A DNA stretch of 20,000 nt from an uncultured virus (IMG/VR IMGVR_UViG_3300024255_000019) (lineage: Duplodnaviria > Heunggongvirae > Uroviricota > Caudoviricetes). The stretch lies in the IMG/VR virus record IMGVR_UViG_3300024255_000019; one strand, given 5' to 3'. Under the pieces are notes generated by a model. It saw nothing but the letters and a program-made list of their open reading frames with translations. It had not been told where the DNA came from and made no database searches. This document shows, one piece after another, positions 15,769 through 20,000 of the stretch (positions are counted from its first letter, which is position 1; each line of letters opens with the position of its first letter). A program made the translations under genes and the position numbers.

Positions 15769-16716
15769 ATGCAACACAAAACAAATGAAGTACTCTGGGT
15801 AGAAAAGTATCGTCCACAATCTATAGACGACACAATCTTACCAGACAAAATGAAAAACACGTTTCGTAAATTTGTAAACGACGAAAACGTACCAAACTTA
15901 TTACTAACCGGTGGACCAGGAGTAGGTAAAACTACGATCGCTAAAGCCATGCTCGATGAAATGGGCTGTGACTATATCGTTAAAAACGGTTCTCTAAACG
16001 TGAATATCGACACTCTTCGATATGACATCTCAACTTATGCAAGTGCTGTTTCCCTTAGTGGTGGCAGAAAATATGTAATCTTTGACGAAGCAGATTATCT
16101 CAGTGCAGCTAATGTACAACCTGCTCTTCGTAATTTCATTGAAGAATATTCATCGAACTGTGGATTTATATTTACTTGTAATTTTAAGAACAGAATTATT
16201 GCTCCACTCCGTTCAAGGTTATCTGAAGTAGATTTCTCTATTGAACAGACAGAGCGTCCAGCTCTTGCTATGCAATTCTTTAAACGAGTTATTAATATTC
16301 TTGAGAATGAGAATGTTAACTATGATAAAGCAGTTGTAGCAAAAGTAATTGAAAAACACTTCCCAGACTTTCGTAGAGTATTAACTGAACTACAATCTTA
16401 TGCAGCTTCAGGTAAAATTGACGAAGGTATATTTGTAAATCTAAAACAAGAAAGTATTGATGAACTATTTAGTTTACTCAAAGCGAAAGACTTTACAAAT
16501 ATGCGTAAATGGGTAGCAAGAAACTCAGACCAAGACATGAATGAAATGTTTCGTAGAATCTATGATGCATCATCTGAACGTGTAGAATTTAAAACACTAC
16601 CAGGGTTTGTAGTTACTATTGCCGACTATATGTATAAGAGTAACTTTGTAGCTGACCAAGAGATTAACATGGTTGCTTTTCTAACAGAAGTTATGATTGA
16701 ATCTGAGTATCTCTAA
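15769..16716 (+). CDS. gp44: Clamp loader large subunit gp44 (AAA+)
   Basis: LWVEKYRP, Walker A GGPGVGKTT, Walker B IFDEAD, LRSR and FPDFRR. Confidence 0.96.
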   Translation: MQHKTNEVLWVEKYRPQSIDDTILPDKMKNTFRKFVNDENVPNLLLTGGPGVGKTTIAKAMLDEMGCDYIVKNGSLNVNIDTLRYDISTYASAVSLSGGRKYVIFDEADYLSAANVQPALRNFIEEYSSNCGFIFTCNFKNRIIAPLRSRLSEVDFSIEQTERPALAMQFFKRVINILENENVNYDKAVVAKVIEKHFPDFRRVLTELQSYAASGKIDEGIFVNLKQESIDELFSLLKAKDFTNMRKWVARNSDQDMNEMFRRIYDASSERVEFKTLPGFVVTIADYMYKSNFVADQEINMVAFLTEVMIESEYL

Positions 16717-16904
16717 TGAAAATTGATTTCCGCAAATCATATGATTGCTTTAACTGTAGTGAGCGTATTGAAGGAGGTGAAGAATACACTCTAAAGTACC
16801 AAGCATCAGATGGCGAAGCGGAAGTCAAAATGTGCGCAACTTGCGCCAAAGACTTTAATGAGATACTCATCGGAATAGAGGAAGTACAAAATGGCAAAGG
16901 GTGA
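16716..16904 (+). CDS. Small zinc-ribbon protein
   Basis: CFNC...CATC; translationally coupled to gp44 (TAATG). Confidence 0.6.
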   Translation: MKIDFRKSYDCFNCSERIEGGEEYTLKYQASDGEAEVKMCATCAKDFNEILIGIEEVQNGKG

Positions 16905-17289
16905 CTATAATCCATTTGATTTTATGAATGCTGTATCTTTTACTAAAGCAGATATAATCAAAGACAACGACAATCCAGAATTAATTGAAAAACAATACAA
17001 TGCGTATATTGTTAACCGTGGGTTTACTAACTTCGAAGATACTATACTTCATGCAAATGAAATGAATCAACGACACGAGTTATTCCCAGCAGCACAGTTT
17101 GACTACTATCGTGCTGTATTGCGAAAGCGTAAGAGATTCTCTAAATGGCCTAAGGCTGATAAAGATATTAATCTCGATGCAATCCAAGAAGTATACCAAT
17201 GTAATCGTACTGTAGCAAAACAATATCTTAAAGTTCTCAATGAAGAACAACTTAAAGATGTCCATGCACGCCTCGTGACAGGTGGTTAA
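16891..17289 (+). CDS. gp62: Clamp loader small subunit gp62
   Basis: PFDFMN, YNAYIVNRG, ANEMN and RKRKRFSKW; lies between gp44 and regA. Confidence 0.92.
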   Translation: MAKGDYNPFDFMNAVSFTKADIIKDNDNPELIEKQYNAYIVNRGFTNFEDTILHANEMNQRHELFPAAQFDYYRAVLRKRKRFSKWPKADKDINLDAIQEVYQCNRTVAKQYLKVLNEEQLKDVHARLVTGG

Positions 17290-17300
17290 GTTTTGAAAAA

Positions 17301-17308
17301 GATAAATA
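17301..17308 (+). promoter_or_regulatory. Possible T4-type late promoter (GATAAATA)
   Basis: 7/8 match to TATAAATA in the gp62-regA intergenic region. Confidence 0.35.
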
Positions 17309-17365
17309 ATCCTATAGTGGTTATATACCATCAGTCACAACATAATTTAAAGGTGAATATGTATC

Positions 17366-17779
17366 ATGGAACAAGAAGATATTTTTAGAGGTGTGGGCGT
17401 TGAAGTAACGCTTCCTACGCCTGATAGTTTCTTAAAAATAAAAGAAACACTCACAAGGATTGGTATTTCAAGTCGTAAAGATAAGAAACTATTTCAGTCC
17501 TGTCACATACTGCACAAGAAGGGTAGGTATGCAATTCTTCATTTTAAAGAATTGTTTATCCTCGACGGCAAACACAATACATTTACAGAAGAAGACCACG
17601 CTCGTAGAAACACGATTGTTAATCTCTTAGAAGAGTGGGAACTTGTAAAAATTGTAGATGCTGAAAAAACAAAAGACCCTCTCGCATCGTTGAACCAAAT
17701 CAAAATTATTTCTTACAAAGAAAAAGATGATTGGGAATTGACAGTCAAGTACAATATAGGAAACGCAAAAAGTAGTTGA
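17366..17779 (+). CDS. regA: Translational repressor RegA
   Basis: PDSFLKIKETLTRIGI, QSCHILHKKGRY, HFKELF and RRNTI. Confidence 0.96.
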   Translation: MEQEDIFRGVGVEVTLPTPDSFLKIKETLTRIGISSRKDKKLFQSCHILHKKGRYAILHFKELFILDGKHNTFTEEDHARRNTIVNLLEEWELVKIVDAEKTKDPLASLNQIKIISYKEKDDWELTVKYNIGNAKSS

Positions 17780-17804
17780 CAAAAATTTAAATTTATGATA
17801 TAAT
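17776..17804 (+). promoter_or_regulatory. Sigma70-type promoter of dut
   Basis: TTGACA (overlapping the regA TGA stop), 17-bp spacer, TG-A-TATAAT. Confidence 0.8.
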
Positions 17805-17814
17805 ATGGAATATA

Positions 17815-18324
17815 ATGATGAATGTGTTTAAAACAAAAGAATGTGCTATCTTTCCAAACTACGCGACTACAGGCAGTGCTTGTTTCGACCTATCTGCAGC
17901 CTTTGTGACTGGTGAAAAGATAAAAGCGTATAATACAGTTAATAGAAAAGTAGAAGTATTAACTAAAGTAATTGATGGCGAACCTTCATTTCTTTTACAT
18001 CCAGGGCAAAGAGCTCTGATTCCAACTGGTCTTATTTTTGACATACCTGAACATCACGTTATGAAAATGTATATTCGTAGTAGTGTAGCCTCTAAAAGAG
18101 GTATAGCATTAAGTAATGGTGTAGGTATTATAGATTCTGATTATGTAGATGAAACGCACATTTTAGCGCTCAATATATCAGATAGTTTAATTCGTATTGT
18201 ACACGGTGAAAGATTAGCACAATGTGTTATAGAGCCTGTACAGACTTATGATTTGGTAGAAACTTTTAATCCACCACTACAGAAAACTGATAGGAAAGGT
18301 GGTATTGGAAGTACTGGAACTTAA
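17815..18324 (+). CDS. dut: Trimeric dUTPase
   Basis: Motifs ACFDL, RSS, GIIDSDY, ERLAQ and RKGGIGSTG. Confidence 0.93.
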   Translation: MMNVFKTKECAIFPNYATTGSACFDLSAAFVTGEKIKAYNTVNRKVEVLTKVIDGEPSFLLHPGQRALIPTGLIFDIPEHHVMKMYIRSSVASKRGIALSNGVGIIDSDYVDETHILALNISDSLIRIVHGERLAQCVIEPVQTYDLVETFNPPLQKTDRKGGIGSTGT

Positions 18325-18407
18325 AGAACTTTTCTCCAAACGTTTTGGATTCTGGTCTGCTTCATTAGTAAATGAAGGCTATTAAATTGTTTTTTAATGT
18401 ATTGCAT
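18321..18407 (-). CDS. 28-aa basic peptide (not in the ORF track)
   Basis: MQYIKKQFNSLHLLMKQTRIQNVWRKVL*. AGAGGT SD and TATAAATA lie upstream on the minus strand; its stop overlaps the dut stop (TTAA). Confidence 0.55.
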   Translation of the reverse strand: MQYIKKQFNSLHLLMKQTRIQNVWRKVL

Positions 18408-18443
18408 GGTATTACCTCTTGTTAATATTTAGTATATACATTA

Positions 18444-18451
18444 TATTTATA
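18444..18451 (-). promoter_or_regulatory. T4-type late promoter TATAAATA (minus strand)
   Basis: TATTTATA on the + strand, 36 nt upstream of the ATG of the 28-aa ORF. Confidence 0.55.
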
Positions 18452-18455
18452 TTAA

Positions 18456-18475
18456 TTGTTACACTTGTGTGACAA
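18456..18475. promoter_or_regulatory. Inverted repeat, candidate operator
   Basis: TTGTTACAC-TT-GTGTGACAA (8/9 dyad) between two divergent small ORFs. Confidence 0.45.
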
Positions 18476-18490
18476 AAAGGTGAACTAATT

Positions 18491-18640
18491 ATGACAAAAG
18501 ATGATACGTTAATTATTAAAATTAATAAAGAACAGAAAAAAGAATTCATACAACTTTGTAAAGATGATGATACATCAGCATCACGTGAAATAAGAAACTT
18601 TATTAAGATTTTTATTAAACAACATACAGAGTCTGTATAA
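18491..18640 (+). CDS. 49-aa ribbon-helix-helix (CopG-like) DNA-binding protein (not in the ORF track)
   Basis: MTKDDTLIIKINKEQKKEFIQLCKDDDTSASREIRNFIKIFIKQHTESV*: alternating beta strand, helix, turn, S-x-S-x-x-IR helix; AAGGTG SD. Confidence 0.7.
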   Translation: MTKDDTLIIKINKEQKKEFIQLCKDDDTSASREIRNFIKIFIKQHTESV

Positions 18641-18643
18641 ATA
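18636..18643 (+). promoter_or_regulatory. T4-type late promoter TATAAATA upstream of hsp20
   Basis: Exact consensus, just before a structured ~85-nt leader. Confidence 0.6.
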
Positions 18644-18648
18644 AAATT

Positions 18649-18738
18649 GTGAATACGAATTATCGGTTCACATTAGCGGTGTGCTAAAAGCCACCAATTT
18701 AGTATAACAATAATCTTGCTTAAAAGGAGATAAAAATG
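18649..18738 (+). promoter_or_regulatory. Structured hsp20 5' UTR with ROSE-like RNA thermometer
   Basis: Hairpins at 18649-18671 and 18678-18695, and an SD-sequestering hairpin ATCTTGCT-TAAA-AGGAGAT (18713-18731) carrying the U(U/C)GCU ROSE motif with bulged G. Confidence 0.6.
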
Positions 18739-19188
18739 ACTGGATTTAATATACACAACCTCGCCCCATTCACAGTGGGCTTTGACCGAATCTTTGATAG
18801 ATTGGTCGAAATTGAAAACCAACCTGCTAGAAATATGCAATCAGGTTTTCCACCTTACAATATTCGCGCTTCTAAAGACGAGCTAAAGTTCTCTATTGAA
18901 CTTGCCTTAGCAGGTCTTTCAGATAAAGATGTAGATATTGAAGTTAAAGAAAATCAATTAACTATTAAGTCTGTATATGATACAGATGATGGTGGTGATG
19001 ATTTTGTTCACAAAGGAATTTCTAAACGGAAATTTACTCGAAGCTTTACTCTTGCAGATGACATTGAAGTTGTCGGAGCTAGCTTCAAAGATGGTTTATT
19101 GACTATTGGATTGGAAAGAATTATTCCAGACCACAAGAAACCACAGAAAATCAAAATTAATAATAAGAAGGAATTCTTAGTAGAATAA
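18736..19188 (+). CDS. hsp20: Small heat shock protein (Hsp20/IbpA-like)
   Basis: VGFDRIFD, FPPYNI, ELALAG, HKGISKRKFTRSFTL and DGLLTIGLER. Confidence 0.95.
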   Translation: MTGFNIHNLAPFTVGFDRIFDRLVEIENQPARNMQSGFPPYNIRASKDELKFSIELALAGLSDKDVDIEVKENQLTIKSVYDTDDGGDDFVHKGISKRKFTRSFTLADDIEVVGASFKDGLLTIGLERIIPDHKKPQKIKINNKKEFLVE

Positions 19189-19195
19189 CTTTGAC

Positions 19196-19216
19196 GAGAG
19201 GGTGTAATGCCCTCTC
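19196..19216 (+). other. Intergenic hairpin without U-tract
   Basis: GAGAGGG-TGTAATG-CCCTCTC between hsp20 and the peroxiredoxin gene. Confidence 0.55.
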
Positions 19217-19239
19217 ATTAACCTAATAGGAAATATATT

Positions 19240-19758
19240 ATGGAAACTAAAAGAGTACCTCAAGTAACATTTAAAACTCGCTCTCGAAACGTAGATACTG
19301 GTGACTTTGAATGGCAACATCCAACAACCGCTGATTATTTTGGTGGTAAAAAGGTAATTGTATTCAGCTTACCTGGTGCGTTTACTCCAACATGTTCTAA
19401 CTTCCAAGTACCTGGCTATGAAGCTTTGTATGAGGATTTTAAAGCAGAAGGGATTGATAATGTTTATTGTATATCATGTAATGATGCTTTTGTTATGAAT
19501 GCTTGGTTACAAGACCAGCATGTAAAAAATGTTGAATTTATACCAGATGGTTCATGCGAATTTACCGCTGGAATGGATATGATTGTAAAGAAAGATAACT
19601 TAGGATTTGGTGCAAGGTCTTGGAGATATGCTATGATTGTAAATGATGGCGTGGTCGAAAAGATGTTTGTCGAACCTGGGAAATCTGATGATTGTGAAAC
19701 TGACCCTTATGGAGAAACATCACCTGAAACAGTATTAGAGTTTATTAGGGGAGCCTAA
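19240..19758 (+). CDS. Peroxiredoxin (Prx5/redoxin family)
   Basis: LPGAFTPTCS peroxidatic motif, SCNDAFVM and RSWRY. Confidence 0.93.
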   Translation: METKRVPQVTFKTRSRNVDTGDFEWQHPTTADYFGGKKVIVFSLPGAFTPTCSNFQVPGYEALYEDFKAEGIDNVYCISCNDAFVMNAWLQDQHVKNVEFIPDGSCEFTAGMDMIVKKDNLGFGARSWRYAMIVNDGVVEKMFVEPGKSDDCETDPYGETSPETVLEFIRGA

Positions 19759-19803
19759 TCAAAAACAATCCACGTAGGTGACATCCTACCCGGCCGTTTT
19801 TGG

Positions 19804-19830
19804 AGGGAAGCTATATGCTTCCCTTTTTTT
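19804..19830 (+). terminator. Rho-independent terminator
   Basis: AGGGAAGC-TATAT-GCTTCCCT with a T7 tract; lies between convergent genes. Confidence 0.85.
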
Positions 19831-19999
19831 ATGTAACTAATCCAGGCATGTCGATGTAGCTTCCGCCTCCACCGCCGCCTCCGCCACCGGAGATACGAGT
19901 ATTTGCTACTCTTGCTCCACCGGTTGATGATTGAACTGATATAGGATTAGTACTATTATTTACGTTGTTAACAATAATTGGGCTACTATTGTTTCCTGT
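19829..19999 (-). CDS. 3' end of a minus-strand gene with low-complexity Asn/Ser/Gly tail (possibly a baseplate hub/tape-measure-type structural protein; partial)
   Basis: Open frame TGNNSSPIIVNNVNNSTNPISVQSSTGGARVANTRISGGGGGGGGGSYIDMPGLVT* ending at the terminator. The product guess comes from composition only. Confidence 0.55.
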   Translation of the reverse strand, partial: TGNNSSPIIVNNVNNSTNPISVQSSTGGARVANTRISGGGGGGGGGSYIDMPGLVT

Positions 20000-20000
20000 C

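Noticed and set aside
192..18044. Minus-strand and alternate-frame ORFs in the track (e.g. 913-1278, 3286-3708, 7971-8369, 14191-14424)
   Set aside because: They overlap well-supported + strand genes, show no recognisable motifs and look like shadow ORFs.
18673..18687. TTAGC-N5-GCTAA as a CIRCE (HrcA) operator
   Set aside because: Arms and spacer are much shorter than TTAGCACTC-N9-GAGTGCTAA; better explained as part of the leader RNA structure.
19862..19890. CCG/CCA-rich repeat near the window end
   Set aside because: It is simply the poly-Gly codon run of the minus-strand partial gene.
1..20000. tRNA, rRNA, CRISPR array, transposase or homing endonuclease
   Set aside because: Intergenic gaps are short and explained by promoters, hairpins or small ORFs; no cloverleaf, spaced repeats or nuclease motifs were seen.

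Overview
AT-rich segment of a T4-like (myovirus) phage genome, probably from an aquatic heterotrophic host (inference). Almost all genes are on the + strand. The replication/recombination core is present (gp47, gp46, gp43, gp45, gp44, gp62, RegA, DsbA, DexA) but in non-canonical order: gp43 follows gp46 directly. A ~6.4 kb cassette between gp43 and gp45 looks like a cytosine-modification system: Nmad1-like protein, gp42-type dCMP hydroxymethylase, dCMP deaminase, three glycosyltransferase-like genes, and a C5-cytosine methyltransferase homologue with a degenerate SAM-binding motif. The cassette is bracketed by two 44-bp near-identical promoters. By manual scan GATC is strongly depleted, and all 11 surviving sites overlap a CpG (10 of 11 in GCGATC/GATCGC), which hints at a context-specific protective cytosine mark. 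Auxiliary genes include an APS-kinase-like fragment, DUF2061, a HIGH nucleotidyltransferase, peptide deformylase, glutaredoxin, an exported c-type cytochrome, a MazG-like enzyme, dUTPase, Hsp20 with a ROSE-like leader, and peroxiredoxin. Two small ORFs missing from the ORF track (a 49-aa ribbon-helix-helix protein and a divergent 28-aa basic peptide) lie between dut and hsp20. All family calls come from motif recognition; no database search was run.
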